Position numbers and translations under genes: made by a program. From contig CBDEUS010000002.1 in NCBI GenBank assembly GCA_965243395.1, positions 992,001 through 1,056,000 on the forward strand: a stretch of 64,000 nt of DNA, written 5' to 3'. Position 1 is the first letter of the stretch, and every line of letters begins with the position of its first letter. The notes below the pieces were generated by a model. That model had not been told where the DNA came from and did not search any database. It saw only the letters and a list, made by a program, of their open reading frames with translations. Below, piece after piece: positions 29,480-40,713 of the stretch. The DNA is from Gammaproteobacteria bacterium. GTDB lineage: Bacteria > Pseudomonadota > Gammaproteobacteria > UBA4575.

Positions 29480-30757
29480 TTAAGCTACTTGCTCATGCTG
29501 AGGAAGGCGAGGACTCATACGAACGGTGCGAACCGCATTATTTTGAATTTGGACCACTTCTATGGGATAGCCATCTATTAATACGCTCGTTCCAGGTTCA
29601 GGGATGGATTGAAAGTGTTCCAAAATTAAACCGTTGATTGTTTTTGGGCCATCCACGTGCAATTGCCAGGCGAGTGCCTTATTGATGTCTCGAATATGTG
29701 TACCACCGTCTACTACATAAGTGCCATCTTTTTGAGGATGGATTTCTACATCATAAGTTGCGGGGTCATTGGTAAATTCGCCGACTATTTCTTCTAATAA
29801 GTCCTCAAGAGTAACCATGCCTTGAATGTCTCCAAACTCATCTACCACCAAACTTAAACGACGTTTATTACCTTGGAATTCAAAGAGTAATTTTTTTAAG
29901 TTAGTTCCTTCTGGAATGAAGTATGGTTCACGAATTACTTTTTCTAAATCCTCTCGCTCCAAATCCTTATCAACTATTTTCAAGATGAACTTGCGCAAGT
30001 GCAGAAATCCGACAACATTATCAATATTATTGCGGTACACGGGTACTCGTGTATAAGAGATGTTTTTTAATTGTGTAACAATGTCATCCCAATCATCTTC
30101 TAAATCGATGCCAATAATTTCATTTTTTGGGATCATGATGTCTTCAGCCGTAATATGTTCAAGATCCAAAACACCTAACAGCATTTTTTGATGCTCAGTT
30201 GAAATAGTAGTACCTTCATCGTTAACAGCAGTACGTAGCTCATCGTGAGATAAAGTTGTTAACACACTTTCTTTAACATCCACACCAAATAATCGTAACA
30301 AAGAATTAGAAAAGAAATTCGTAACCCATACAAAAGGATATAAAATATCTAACAGTGGTTTATACACCCGCGCTGCGGGCAGCGCTATTTTTTCAGAATG
30401 TAGAGCGGCAAGGGTTTTGGGTGTGAGTTCTGCAAAAATCAAGATCGCAAAAATTAAAATAAAAGTTGCAATCGCAATACCGACTTCACCATGAAGGCGA
30501 TAACCAATGTATGCAGAAAGTTGTGCGATTAGAATGTTGACAACATTATTGCCAAGCAAAATTAATCCGATGAGTCGGTCTGGATTTTTTAAAAGTTTTT
30601 GTGCCTGTTTGGCACCTCTGTGACCATCATTTGCTAAATGACGCAGGCGATAACGGTTTAATGCCATTAACGCTGTTTCTGAGCCTGAAAAAAATGCCGA
30701 AAATAAAAATAATACAAGCAACACTATAAATAGTGTGCCTATCGAATATTCGTCCAA
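29480..30757 (-). CDS. HlyC/CorC (CNNM-CBS-CorC) transporter, YfjD-like
   Basis: FFSGSETA, ILLGNN and VVDEFGDIQG motifs. Confidence 0.93.
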   Translation of the reverse strand: MDEYSIGTLFIVLLVLFLFSAFFSGSETALMALNRYRLRHLANDGHRGAKQAQKLLKNPDRLIGLILLGNNVVNILIAQLSAYIGYRLHGEVGIAIATFILIFAILIFAELTPKTLAALHSEKIALPAARVYKPLLDILYPFVWVTNFFSNSLLRLFGVDVKESVLTTLSHDELRTAVNDEGTTISTEHQKMLLGVLDLEHITAEDIMIPKNEIIGIDLEDDWDDIVTQLKNISYTRVPVYRNNIDNVVGFLHLRKFILKIVDKDLEREDLEKVIREPYFIPEGTNLKKLLFEFQGNKRRLSLVVDEFGDIQGMVTLEDLLEEIVGEFTNDPATYDVEIHPQKDGTYVVDGGTHIRDINKALAWQLHVDGPKTINGLILEHFQSIPEPGTSVLIDGYPIEVVQIQNNAVRTVRMSPRLPQHEQVA

Positions 30758-30817
30758 GGTCGTGTTGACCCTCCGGTAATAAAGATACGGTCATTAACTG
30801 CCGCAAAGAGGGATTTG

Positions 30818-31651
30818 TCAAGAGAGAGGTACGCTATCGATCCTGTGAAGTAGTATTTCCTGGACAAACTTACTGCCTAAGTAGGCCAAAATCAGAAATA
30901 CAAAACCTCCTAATGTCCAGCGAATGGCCGTTTGTCCGCGCCAACCAAATTTCCAACGTCCCCAAAGTAGAACTGCAAAAAGTATCCAGGCGAGAATGGA
31001 TAATATGGTTTTATGCGCAATTTGTTGTTCAAACATGTTTTCTAAATATAAAAACCCAGTAAATAACGCTACGGATAACAAGACAAACCCAATGGTGATG
31101 GTTTGAAACATAAATTTTTCAGTTTCATGCAGTGGTGGTAAAGCGCGGGTAATACCTTGCAATTCAGCATTGCGTAAATGCCGGTCTTGATTAAGTAATA
31201 AGATCGACTGAATAGCCGAGATAGTTAGTACGCTAAATGCGAAAAGTGAAAATAGAATATGAAATTGCAAGCCACGCACATTAGACGTGGAAACATGTAT
31301 TTCGGGTTTTATGATGGTTAAGACGATTGCCGCAATAATAATAGGCAATAAAAACAAGCCTAAGAATTCTCTTTTTTTACTGACGGATAAAATCAATACT
31401 AATGCAGAAATGATGAACAGAACTAATGAAACAGCATTATAAAAGGTAAGGTTCAATCCTTGTGAAGTAAACGTTTGGGGGTATAGGTGCAGTGCATGAA
31501 CGAGGCAGGCAATAGACCATAGAATCAGCATCAAGCCACGTTTGTCGGGTGTATGGGAATCGGGCACATGATGTGAACGCCATAACAACAACACAAAGGT
31601 AAATGCATAAAATGCTATGGCGCCGTACTTAAGTATGCTTGACATAAACAA
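30818..31651 (-). CDS. Cytochrome c assembly family inner membrane protein (YpjD-like)
   Basis: Multi-TM; HKTILS, GWRG and LAYLGSKFV; usual neighbour of ffh. Confidence 0.9.
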   Translation of the reverse strand: MFMSSILKYGAIAFYAFTFVLLLWRSHHVPDSHTPDKRGLMLILWSIACLVHALHLYPQTFTSQGLNLTFYNAVSLVLFIISALVLILSVSKKREFLGLFLLPIIIAAIVLTIIKPEIHVSTSNVRGLQFHILFSLFAFSVLTISAIQSILLLNQDRHLRNAELQGITRALPPLHETEKFMFQTITIGFVLLSVALFTGFLYLENMFEQQIAHKTILSILAWILFAVLLWGRWKFGWRGQTAIRWTLGGFVFLILAYLGSKFVQEILLHRIDSVPLS

Positions 31652-31836
31652 ACAAAATTATTTAATTAGCGATAAATTAAGAGTGTGCAGTACAAGAAAT
31701 AAATTAAGTATGCAATAGTGTCTTCTATCGTGGGTTTAATTTTTGGCAAAATAACTTAAAGTAAACTGAGATCAGCTAGACATTTCTGCATTACCTGCAA
31801 TGATAGCATTATTCAGATTGTGATTATCGAATAACC

Positions 31837-32604
31837 ATGAATATACGTGTCCTTGGCTGTAGTGGGGGTATTGGTTCGGGTCATAGAACCACTTCTTTAC
31901 TGTTAGATGATTCTGTACTGATTGATTGTGGTACAGGTCTTGGCGATCTATCGCTTGATGAAATGTTAAAGATACAGCATGTATTCATTACTCATTGTCA
32001 TTTAGATCACATCGCTCTCCTCCCTATGTTATTGGATACTTCATACGATCACTTGGTCAATCACCCACTAACTTTGCACTGTAAACAAGAGACCTACGAA
32101 ATATTGGCAAAACACATTTTTAATTGGGATGTATGGCCAAACTTTTTTGAATTACCCAGTGCTGAGACACCAGTGATTATTTATGAATCTATGCAGCCTG
32201 GAGACTGTATTGAATTTGGTGACAAGATTGTAAAAATGGTCGAAGTAAACCATTCCGTTCCAGCAGCTGCTTATGTAATTAATAATGGCACTGGCACGAT
32301 TGCTTTTACGGGCGACACTTTTACCAATGACACTTTTTGGCAGTCTTTAAATGAAGAGCCGAACATGGATATCGTGATTGTAGAATGTGGTTTTACCAAT
32401 GAAGAAGAAAATATAGGGCGAGATGCGAAACATTACTATCCTAAGGCATTAGCTGAGGATCTGAAAAAATTGAAGCACCGGCCAGATCTCTATATCACGC
32501 ATTTACAACCAGGTAGGGAAGAACGGATCATAGAACAACTCAATTCATCCATAACAGAATTTAACATTCATCAACTTTCCAGCGGCCAAATAATTTCGAT
32601 CTAA
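31837..32604 (+). CDS. Metallo-beta-lactamase-fold 3',5'-cyclic-nucleotide phosphodiesterase (class II-like)
   Basis: VLGCSGGIG, THCHLDHI, HIFNWDVWPNF and TGDT motifs. Confidence 0.85.
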   Translation: MNIRVLGCSGGIGSGHRTTSLLLDDSVLIDCGTGLGDLSLDEMLKIQHVFITHCHLDHIALLPMLLDTSYDHLVNHPLTLHCKQETYEILAKHIFNWDVWPNFFELPSAETPVIIYESMQPGDCIEFGDKIVKMVEVNHSVPAAAYVINNGTGTIAFTGDTFTNDTFWQSLNEEPNMDIVIVECGFTNEEENIGRDAKHYYPKALAEDLKKLKHRPDLYITHLQPGREERIIEQLNSSITEFNIHQLSSGQIISI

Positions 32605-32663
32605 TTTCGATATAATTTACTCCACTTTTTTTAACGAAGCCCCATGAAGATGGGTGCATTGAT

Positions 32664-34025
32664 ATGTTTGACAATTTATCTACTCGCTTATCGAGTACTG
32701 TTCAAAAGTTACGTGGCCAAGCGCGCCTTAGTGAAGAAAATATTCAGGAAACGTTGCGCGAAGTACGCATGGCATTGCTAGAAGCAGATGTCGCGTTACC
32801 TGTTGTTAAAGATTTCATCGCAAATGTAAAAGAAAAAGCCTTAGGGCAAGAAGTGCTTACAAGCCTGTCACCCGGGCAGGCCTTCATCAAAATTGTAAAT
32901 GATGAACTTGTGCACTTGATGGGCGATGCCAATGAATCGCTTACCTTAGCGGCCCAACCACCTGTAGTGATATTGATTGCCGGTCTACAAGGGGCAGGTA
33001 AAACCACCAGTATCGGAAAACTTTCAAGATTTTTAACCGAAAAACAAAAGAAAAGCGTTGCAGTAGTCAGTTGCGACATCTATCGACCTGCAGCGATCCA
33101 ACAGCTACAAACCCTGGCCAAAGAAGTGGGTGTTGATTTCATTTCCAGTGAAACCAATCAGGCGCCAATCGATATTGCTAACCGTGCTGTGGATTATGCA
33201 AAAACACAATTTAAAGATGTGTTGATCATCGATACAGCGGGGCGTTTGCATGTTGATGAAGAAATGATGCAAGAAATTATTTCATTGCACCAAGTTGTTC
33301 AGCCTGCAGAGACCTTATTTGTTGTAGATAGTATGAGTGGTCAAGATGCGGCGAACTCTGCTAAGGCATTTAATGAAGCATTACCGCTTACAGGTGTGAT
33401 ACTGACTAAGACAGATGGTGATGCACGTGGAGGTGCGGCGTTATCGGTACGTCATATTACTGGCAAACCGATAAAATTCTTAGGTACAGGAGAAAAAACT
33501 ACTGCTTTAGAACCTTTCCATCCTGATCGCGTGGCATCTCGAATACTGGGAATGGGTGACGTAGTCAGTTTGGTAGAAGAAGTTGAACAAAAGGTTGATA
33601 AAGATAAAGCGCAAAAGCTAGCGAGGAAAATTAAAAAAGGTAAAAGCTTTAATATGCTTGATCTAAAAAGTCAGTTAGAGCAGATGATGAATATGGGTGG
33701 CTTGGCTGGAATTATGGATAAAATTCCTGGTGCTGCGGGGATGCCGAAAAATGTTCCTGGCATGGGGGATGACAAAGCGATTCATCAAATGATTGCAATT
33801 ATTAATTCCATGACACCACACGAGCGTCGCTTTCCGGATGTGATTAAAAATACACGAAAACGACGTATTGCGGCAGGCTCAGGTACACAGGTACAGGATG
33901 TGAATCGACTTCTCAAACAGCATTTGCAAATGAAAAAAATGATGAAGAAATTCTCGAAGAAGGGTGGTATGCAGAGAATGATGCAGGGACTGAAGGGTGG
34001 TGGCTTACCGCCTGGATTAGGCTAA
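32664..34025 (+). CDS. ffh: Signal recognition particle protein
   Basis: GLQGAGKTT, DTAGR, DARGGAALS; Met-rich M domain. Confidence 0.98.
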   Translation: MFDNLSTRLSSTVQKLRGQARLSEENIQETLREVRMALLEADVALPVVKDFIANVKEKALGQEVLTSLSPGQAFIKIVNDELVHLMGDANESLTLAAQPPVVILIAGLQGAGKTTSIGKLSRFLTEKQKKSVAVVSCDIYRPAAIQQLQTLAKEVGVDFISSETNQAPIDIANRAVDYAKTQFKDVLIIDTAGRLHVDEEMMQEIISLHQVVQPAETLFVVDSMSGQDAANSAKAFNEALPLTGVILTKTDGDARGGAALSVRHITGKPIKFLGTGEKTTALEPFHPDRVASRILGMGDVVSLVEEVEQKVDKDKAQKLARKIKKGKSFNMLDLKSQLEQMMNMGGLAGIMDKIPGAAGMPKNVPGMGDDKAIHQMIAIINSMTPHERRFPDVIKNTRKRRIAAGSGTQVQDVNRLLKQHLQMKKMMKKFSKKGGMQRMMQGLKGGGLPPGLG

Positions 34026-34154
34026 GTCTCTAATTTCCTAGATGCATATCTCTTTATCCCTTGCTGAGAACGCTATGCCAGCTTTATTTTTAAGTAAATT
34101 TACGTACAATGCCCAGCTCGATTTTAGCTATTCATTTAAAAGTATTAGAAATAT

Positions 34155-34406
34155 ATGGTCACCATTCGATTAGCCAGAGGCGGAGCCAAAAAACGCCCTT
34201 TCTACCACATAGTTGTAACGGATTCTCGTAAGCGACGTGACAGTAGCTACATTGAGCGTATCGGATACTACAATCCTCGCGCTACCGGTGAGGAAGTAAG
34301 ACTGAATATTGAAATGGATCGGTTTGATCACTGGTGTGGGCATGGTGCTCAACCTTCCGAACGTGTTGCATCACTTGTTAAGCAGCACCAAAAACAAGCT
34401 GCCTGA
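34155..34406 (+). CDS. rpsP: 30S ribosomal protein S16
   Basis: [21 protein letters not shown]. Confidence 0.98.
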   Translation: MVTIRLARGGAKKRPFYHIVVTDSRKRRDSSYIERIGYYNPRATGEEVRLNIEMDRFDHWCGHGAQPSERVASLVKQHQKQAA

Positions 34407-34442
34407 TTAGACTAAGCTCTTGCCCAAGCTTGGGCCAAAATC

Positions 34443-34964
34443 TTGGTTCAAGATTCCTACATCCAAGTTGGCCAAATACAAGGCGTATTTGGCATCAAAG
34501 GTTGGTTAAAAATTTTTTCTCATTGTCGGCCTAAAGAACAAATTTTCGAGTATCTCAATTGGCAATTACGTGCACCAAAAGGTGTGGATACGTATGAGTT
34601 ACAGGGAGGCAAGCCACATGGTAATGGCCTGATTGCTAAGCTTAAGTATGTAGATGATCGTACTCATGCAGAAACACTAAAAGGTGCAGAAATTTGGGTC
34701 GCTAAATCAGAATTGTCTGAGCTCGAAGATGACGAGCACTATTGGTATGAGTTGGAAGGCTTAAAAGTAATAAATGAAGCAGGCGAATACTTAGGCGATG
34801 TAAAAAAATTACTGGAAACAGGAGCCAATGATGTATTGGTTGTCACAAATGAAACAGGTCAGCCAGAAATTCTAATACCTTATATTAAAGATCAAGTGAT
34901 TAAGGGCGTAGACTTAGAAAAAAATACCATAACGGTTGATTGGTTAAGGGACTATTCATTATGA
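34443..34964 (+). CDS. rimM: Ribosome maturation factor RimM
   Basis: FGIKGWLK, YWYELEG and ETGANDV; operon position. Confidence 0.96.
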   Translation: MVQDSYIQVGQIQGVFGIKGWLKIFSHCRPKEQIFEYLNWQLRAPKGVDTYELQGGKPHGNGLIAKLKYVDDRTHAETLKGAEIWVAKSELSELEDDEHYWYELEGLKVINEAGEYLGDVKKLLETGANDVLVVTNETGQPEILIPYIKDQVIKGVDLEKNTITVDWLRDYSL

Positions 34965-35698
34965 AATTTAGTGTTATTACACTGTTTCCAGAAATGGTTC
35001 TTAATTTGTCTCAGTATGGTGTGGTGAGTCGTGCCTTCGAGAAAAAATTAGCGGGTTTGGAAGTCATTAATCCCCGTGATTTTTCTGATGACCCAAATCG
35101 TCGAATTGATGATCGTCCTTATGGCGGCGGCCCTGGCATGGTGATGCAATTTGAGCCCTTGCAAAAAGCGATTCGACATGCCCAAGAACAATCCACAAAT
35201 TCTCGAGTCATTTATTTGTCTGCGCAGGGAAAGCCTTTAGAGCATTCGGATATAAGCCGACTAAGCACTTATGACTCAATCACCTTATTGGCGGGGCGCT
35301 ATGAAGGTGTTGACGAGCGCATCATAGAAGCGGAGGTAGATGAGGAGATTGCAATTGGAGATATCGTCGTAAGTGGCGGTGAATTGCCTGCAATGATGTT
35401 GATCGATGCCTTAATTCGTCATATTCCGGGGGCATTGGGGCATGAGGAATCAGCTCATCAAGATTCCTTTGTTGACGGACTGCTCGATTGCCCTCATTAT
35501 ACGCGCCCGGAAAGTATCCAGGGTCTCAGTGTGCCAAAGGCACTATTGGGGGGTGATCATCAAGCTATACAGAAATGGCGCGAGAAACAGTCACTCGGGC
35601 GTACTTTCCAGCGCAGGCCGGACTTACTTGAGAAACTAAATCTCAGTGATGAACAAAAGGCCTTGCTAGAGGAGTATATACAAGAGCAGCTAGATTAA
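34961..35698 (+). CDS. trmD: tRNA (guanine-N1)-methyltransferase
   Basis: [20 protein letters not shown] and SGGELPA; ATG at 34961. Confidence 0.97.
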   Translation: MKFSVITLFPEMVLNLSQYGVVSRAFEKKLAGLEVINPRDFSDDPNRRIDDRPYGGGPGMVMQFEPLQKAIRHAQEQSTNSRVIYLSAQGKPLEHSDISRLSTYDSITLLAGRYEGVDERIIEAEVDEEIAIGDIVVSGGELPAMMLIDALIRHIPGALGHEESAHQDSFVDGLLDCPHYTRPESIQGLSVPKALLGGDHQAIQKWREKQSLGRTFQRRPDLLEKLNLSDEQKALLEEYIQEQLD

Positions 35699-35712
35699 AG
35701 TACGTTAAGAAT

Positions 35713-36057
35713 ATGTCGAATATTATCCAAGAAATAAACCAACAACAGCTTAAAAAGGATCTGCCTGATTTCAGTCCTGGCGACACGGTAGTGGTGCAGG
35801 TAAAAGTAAAAGAAGGTAATCGTGAGCGATTACAGGCCTTTGAAGGAGTTGTAATAGCCAAGCGCAATAGAGGCTTAAATTCAGCCTTTACTGTTAGAAA
35901 GCTTTCCCATGGTGAAGGTGTAGAAAGAGTATTTCAAACACATAGTCCATTAATTGACAGTATAAAAGTGAAACGTAAAGGAAATGTGCGTCGCGCTAAA
36001 CTTTATTATCTACGAGGACGCACTGGTAAGGCCGCAAGAATTAAAGAGAAAATCTAG
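35713..36057 (+). CDS. rplS: 50S ribosomal protein L19
   Basis: [10 protein letters not shown] and [10 protein letters not shown]. Confidence 0.98.
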   Translation: MSNIIQEINQQQLKKDLPDFSPGDTVVVQVKVKEGNRERLQAFEGVVIAKRNRGLNSAFTVRKLSHGEGVERVFQTHSPLIDSIKVKRKGNVRRAKLYYLRGRTGKAARIKEKI

Positions 36058-36082
36058 GTTTCTTACTCAACGAATTCTAATC

Positions 36083-36114
36083 AAACGCCTCGTTGAACGA
36101 GGCGTTTTTGTTTT
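36083..36114 (+). terminator. Intrinsic terminator of the rpsP-rplS operon
   Basis: AAACGCCTCGTT-G-AACGAGGCGTTT followed by a T tract. Confidence 0.85.
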
Positions 36115-36170
36115 GGTCTCAAGCTCATCAAATGTCTGATCTTGAAGTTAAAAAAGGTACAATCCTATAT

Positions 36171-36632
36171 ATGAAACAAATAATCGTAAATGCACCCATT
36201 GGGAAAATAGCAGTTAGTTATGAAGATGAATTTGTAACCGAAGTGAAGCAAGTCGCATCACAGACACGTGCGGTAACAAATAAAGATCCCTTCGCGGTGG
36301 AAATTCAAAAACAATTCAAGTCGTATTTTTCAGGAGATCTTTATGAATTTAATTTGCCATTCTTGTTTAAACAGGGAACGGATTATCAGTTAAAAGTTTG
36401 GGATCAAATAAGAAAGATCTCATTTGGCAAAACCAAAACGTATGGAGAAATAGCAAAAAAAATTAAGTCCGGTCCTCGAGCAGTGGGCAATGCATGTCGA
36501 CGTAATCAATTGTTGTTACTGGTTCCTTGTCATCGTGTGGTGAGTGCAACAGGTTTAGGGGGATTTATGGGTGATGCTGATGGGAGTTTAGTTCGCAGAA
36601 AACAATGGTTGCTAGATCACGAACAAGCGTAA
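36171..36632 (+). CDS. ogt: Methylated-DNA--protein-cysteine methyltransferase (likely start 36171)
   Basis: TYGEIA, RAVGNA and PCHRV active site. Confidence 0.92.
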   Translation: MKQIIVNAPIGKIAVSYEDEFVTEVKQVASQTRAVTNKDPFAVEIQKQFKSYFSGDLYEFNLPFLFKQGTDYQLKVWDQIRKISFGKTKTYGEIAKKIKSGPRAVGNACRRNQLLLLVPCHRVVSATGLGGFMGDADGSLVRRKQWLLDHEQA

Positions 36633-36689
36633 AACATTTTTATGCATATTCATTATCTAAAGCATGAGTTGCGTTGGTGTTGAGGAAAG

Positions 36690-37391
36690 ATGCACGTTCA
36701 TTATCTTAAGCATGTTCCTTTTGAAGGTTTGGGCTCTATGGAGGGCATGTTTATAGAGCGAGGCTGTGATCTTTCACGTACCTGTATGTATGAAGACCAA
36801 TCATTGCCTTCCATTCATGACATTGACGCACTAATTGTTATGGGTGGACCAATGGGAGTGAATGATGATGATAGTTATCCATGGCTTACGTTGGAAAAAG
36901 AATTTATTGAATCGGTCATTAAACTAGACGTGCCTGTAATGGGTGTATGTTTAGGTGCACAACTCATTGCAAATGTATTAGGCGCATCGGTTACAAAAAA
37001 TGTACATGAAGAAATTGGTTGGTTTCCGGTAAGTCGCACTAAAGGACTTATGGACACAAGGGTGGAAAATCTTCCTACACGTTTTGATGCTTTGCATTGG
37101 CATGGTGATACTTTTGATATACCCGATGGCGCAAGCAATTTTTTGACAAGTGACGGTTGTGCAAATCAGGGTTTTGCATATGGCGACTCAACTTTAGCAC
37201 TACAGTTTCATTTAGAAATGTTGCCGAGCAATGTAGAAGCAATCTATCAGGAATGTGGCTCAGCAGATAAGAGCGGGAAGTATATTCACAGCTTGGGTGA
37301 AATGCTTGCTCCAGCCGAGAAGTATCAAGAGGCTAATCATGTACTAAAAAATATCCTTGAGACCTTTGTTTTTCAAAAAATGCCCCAATAA
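36690..37391 (+). CDS. Type 1 glutamine amidotransferase (GMP-synthase-like)
   Basis: HVPFEG, GVCLGAQ, WHGD and QFHLE catalytic residues. Confidence 0.9.
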   Translation: MHVHYLKHVPFEGLGSMEGMFIERGCDLSRTCMYEDQSLPSIHDIDALIVMGGPMGVNDDDSYPWLTLEKEFIESVIKLDVPVMGVCLGAQLIANVLGASVTKNVHEEIGWFPVSRTKGLMDTRVENLPTRFDALHWHGDTFDIPDGASNFLTSDGCANQGFAYGDSTLALQFHLEMLPSNVEAIYQECGSADKSGKYIHSLGEMLAPAEKYQEANHVLKNILETFVFQKMPQ

Positions 37392-37405
37392 ACGATAGGA
37401 GACCA

Positions 37406-37615
37406 GTGATGGAAGACAACAGCAGAAAAGATATCCGAGCCTTATTAAAAACCTTTGGTGTGAAAGCAGATGAAGCCATTGTGGGTCATTTGGCTAAGAA
37501 CCCAGATGTTAAACAGTTATCGCTTAAAGTTACACTTGAGGATTTGACGGATTATGGATCTTCATCTCCAAATGGTGAATTGTCTTTTATAGTGGATGGC
37601 GAAATAAACCGCTAA
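37406..37615 (+). CDS. Small hypothetical protein
   Basis: AGGAG RBS; fills the gap before htpG. Confidence 0.65.
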   Translation: MMEDNSRKDIRALLKTFGVKADEAIVGHLAKNPDVKQLSLKVTLEDLTDYGSSSPNGELSFIVDGEINR

Positions 37616-37633
37616 TTAACGTTTCGAATAGTT

Positions 37634-39550
37634 ATGAGTACGAAGACAGATAAAAATAATAAAAAAGATGATGCTAAGGAAACTTTGCAGTTTGAAACAG
37701 AAGTAGCACAACTTCTACATCTAATGATTCATTCTCTTTATTCGAATAAAGAGATATTTTTGCGAGAGTTAATTTCAAACGCTTCTGATGCTTGTGACAA
37801 ATTACGCTTTGAGGCGATATCAGACGATTCATTGCTAAGTGATGATTCGGATTTAAAGATTCAAGTAGAGTTTGATAAAGATGATAGAACGGTAACCATT
37901 CGTGACAATGGTGTCGGCATGAGCCGTGACGAAGTCGTCAATAATATCGGCACGATTGCAAAATCAGGAACCAAAGAATTTTTATCGCAACTCACGGGCG
38001 ATCAAAGCAAAGACTCACATTTAATTGGTCAGTTCGGTGTCGGGTTTTATTCTGCTTTTATTGTCGCCGATAAGGTCACGCTAAAAACACTTCGTGCCGG
38101 GCTTGAAAAAGATCAAGCCGTTCAATGGGAATCTGAAGGCACAGGTTCATACACTTTGGAAAATATTGAAAAAACAAAGCGTGGCACGGAAGTGACATTA
38201 CATCTCAAAAAGGATGAAGATGATTTGTTAACGAGTTGGCGATTACGTTCTATTATTACCAAATACTCGGATCATGTGCCTTTGCCCATTGAAATGCGCG
38301 AGGAAAATGATAAAGGTGAGGTCACTGCAAAATGGGAAACCATTAATAAAGCTTCTGCCTTATGGGCACGACCTAAAACAGAAATTTCAGAAGACGAATA
38401 TAAAGAGTTTTATAAACACGTAGGACATGATTTCGTTGATCCATTGCTATGGACGCATAACCGAGTTGAAGGTAAAACAGAATATACATCGCTTTTGTAC
38501 ATTCCTTCTCAAGCCCCGTTTGATTTATTTGATCAAAATCCAAAACATGGTGTAAAGCTCTATGTACAACGTGTCTTTATCATGGATGATGCGGAAAAAT
38601 TATTACCAAGATATTTGCGTTTTGTTCGCGGTGTAATCGATTCGAATGATTTACCACTCAATATTTCGCGGGAAATTCTGCAAAGCAATAAAGTCATCGA
38701 CAACATCCGCTCGGGTTCGGTTAAAAAAGTATTAGGTCTTTTAGAAAAGCTTTCAAAAAATGAAACCGATAAATATCAAGAATTTTGGAATGTGTTTGGC
38801 AAGGTCTTAAAAGAAGGTCCTGGTGAGGACTTTGCCAACAAAGAAAAAATTGCCAAGTTAATGCGCTTTGCCTCAACACACCAGGAAAGCGACGTACAAA
38901 ACGTTTCGCTGGATGATTACATAGCACGTATGAAGCCAGAGCAAGAAAAAATTTATTACATCACTGCAGATAACTATGCAGCGGCAAAAAACAGTCCCCA
39001 CCTGGAAATATTTAAAGATAAAGGTATTGAAGTTTTATTGTTATTTGATCGAGTAGATGAATGGCTCATGAGTCATTTAACCGAGTATGAAGAAAAATCT
39101 TTTGCTTCGGTGGCAAAAGGCGAGCTTGATCTAGATAAATTAGGCACTGAAGAAGATAAAGAGAAGCGTAAACAAGCGGAAAAAGATGCCGAGGGATTAG
39201 TTAAACGTATTAAAGATGTCCTAGAGGATAAAGTTGAAGATGTTCGAGTTTCTCATCGATTAACTAATTCTCCGGCATGCATCGTTCTAAGTGAGCATGA
39301 TATGGCGTTGTATATGCAACACCTTATGAAACAAGCCGGGCATGAAATGCCATCCACTAAACCTGTTTTAGAAATTAATCCAACCCATGCTCTAGTAGAA
39401 AGAATGGAAAATGAGCAAGCAGAAGATCGTTTTGAAGATTGGGCTAAAATTTTGTTTGATCAGGCGATACTCGCAGAAGGTGGGCAGCTTGAAGATCCTG
39501 CAACATTTGTGAATAGATTGAATCAAATGATTAATGAGCTCGCCCAATAA
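37634..39550 (+). CDS. htpG: Molecular chaperone HtpG (Hsp90)
   Basis: [18 protein letters not shown] and [12 protein letters not shown]. Confidence 0.98.
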   Translation: MSTKTDKNNKKDDAKETLQFETEVAQLLHLMIHSLYSNKEIFLRELISNASDACDKLRFEAISDDSLLSDDSDLKIQVEFDKDDRTVTIRDNGVGMSRDEVVNNIGTIAKSGTKEFLSQLTGDQSKDSHLIGQFGVGFYSAFIVADKVTLKTLRAGLEKDQAVQWESEGTGSYTLENIEKTKRGTEVTLHLKKDEDDLLTSWRLRSIITKYSDHVPLPIEMREENDKGEVTAKWETINKASALWARPKTEISEDEYKEFYKHVGHDFVDPLLWTHNRVEGKTEYTSLLYIPSQAPFDLFDQNPKHGVKLYVQRVFIMDDAEKLLPRYLRFVRGVIDSNDLPLNISREILQSNKVIDNIRSGSVKKVLGLLEKLSKNETDKYQEFWNVFGKVLKEGPGEDFANKEKIAKLMRFASTHQESDVQNVSLDDYIARMKPEQEKIYYITADNYAAAKNSPHLEIFKDKGIEVLLLFDRVDEWLMSHLTEYEEKSFASVAKGELDLDKLGTEEDKEKRKQAEKDAEGLVKRIKDVLEDKVEDVRVSHRLTNSPACIVLSEHDMALYMQHLMKQAGHEMPSTKPVLEINPTHALVERMENEQAEDRFEDWAKILFDQAILAEGGQLEDPATFVNRLNQMINELAQ

Positions 39551-39992
39551 AAATATAAAAGATAAAAAAGCATTCTGGCAAACCAAAACCCTTAAGGAGA
39601 TGTCCAAAAAAGAATGGGAATCTCTCTGCGATGGTTGTGGAAAGTGCTGCTTAATTAAACTGGAAGATGCAGAGACCAAAGAACTCTTTTATACAGACGT
39701 TGCATGCCATCTTCTGGACCACGACACATGTCAATGTAAAGATTACTCCAATCGAAAAAAGTTGGTTGAGGACTGCTTGCAGTTAGAAGCGGATGATGTT
39801 GAAGATTTTAAATGGTTACCAGAAAGCTGCGCTTATCGTTTATTGTATGAAGGCAAAGAACTACCTGACTGGCATTATTTAATTTCGGGTGATAAGCAAA
39901 CAATCCATAGACAGAAAATGTCTGTGCAAAATCGTATTGTGAGTGAAACAGAAGTGATGGAAGTAGCCGAACATATAGTGTACTGGGTTTAG
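39534..39992 (+). CDS. YcgN family cysteine cluster protein
   Basis: [13 protein letters not shown] and WLPESCAYR. Confidence 0.92.
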   Translation: MSSPNKNIKDKKAFWQTKTLKEMSKKEWESLCDGCGKCCLIKLEDAETKELFYTDVACHLLDHDTCQCKDYSNRKKLVEDCLQLEADDVEDFKWLPESCAYRLLYEGKELPDWHYLISGDKQTIHRQKMSVQNRIVSETEVMEVAEHIVYWV

Positions 39993-39999
39993 TATTACA

Positions 40000-40656
40000 C
40001 TAAATTATACTGGCCAAATATCCATCCTGTCCTTTTATTTTATTTGTGTAGTGCAAATTAAAATCTTCCACAATTGATTTTTGCACAGCTTCTAAGTCTA
40101 GTAAATTATCTCTCCATCTTTTCAGCTTGGGGAAATTATTCCAATCTAATAGATTCAATTTTTCATTCATAAAATCTAAACGGATAAGTAAAGGCGCATA
40201 TGCAGCATCTATGAGTGACAGTTCTTCACCATTAAAAAATGTTGAGTCGTCTAATATATCTTCTACTCTTTGTAAACGAGTCACACATTCACCCATTTGT
40301 CCTTTCATGTCTTTTTCGTCTTTATGATTCGCAATTAAAAATAAATCTGCTAAGCAGGTCCCACCATATTCAATCCAGGCTCGATTTTTAGCAAGGGTGA
40401 GCGGATCAGATGGTTTGAGTGAACCAGGGGTAACATCGTCAATAAATTCATTTATTACCGCAGACTCGAAAAGAACTTCTTTGTCGTCTACTTTCAAGAC
40501 CGGTACTTTGCCAAGCGGAGAGATTTCTAAAAACCAGTCTGGCGGATTTAATAAGTCAATGAACGTAATATCAAATTCACAATTTTTGTGGTTAAGTGTG
40601 ATCACACTACGCTGTACAAAAGGGCAAACATTGAAGCTGATAAGTTCTAGTTTCAT
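40000..40656 (-). CDS. Glutathione S-transferase family protein (Cys-type)
   Basis: CPFVQR, SPLGKVPVL and FESAVINEF. Confidence 0.92.
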   Translation of the reverse strand: MKLELISFNVCPFVQRSVITLNHKNCEFDITFIDLLNPPDWFLEISPLGKVPVLKVDDKEVLFESAVINEFIDDVTPGSLKPSDPLTLAKNRAWIEYGGTCLADLFLIANHKDEKDMKGQMGECVTRLQRVEDILDDSTFFNGEELSLIDAAYAPLLIRLDFMNEKLNLLDWNNFPKLKRWRDNLLDLEAVQKSIVEDFNLHYTNKIKGQDGYLASII

Positions 40657-40713
40657 GGTAGAAATAGCTAAAATTTGAATCGCTGTATTATACGTAAGAG
40701 TTTAAGATATCCC

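Noticed and set aside
36093-36170. Long N-terminus of ogt, and a possible sigma-32 promoter (CTTGAA at 36141) for the ogt-htpG run
   Set aside because: The upstream start lies in the rplS terminator; the -10 (TCCTATAT) and spacing fit RpoH poorly.
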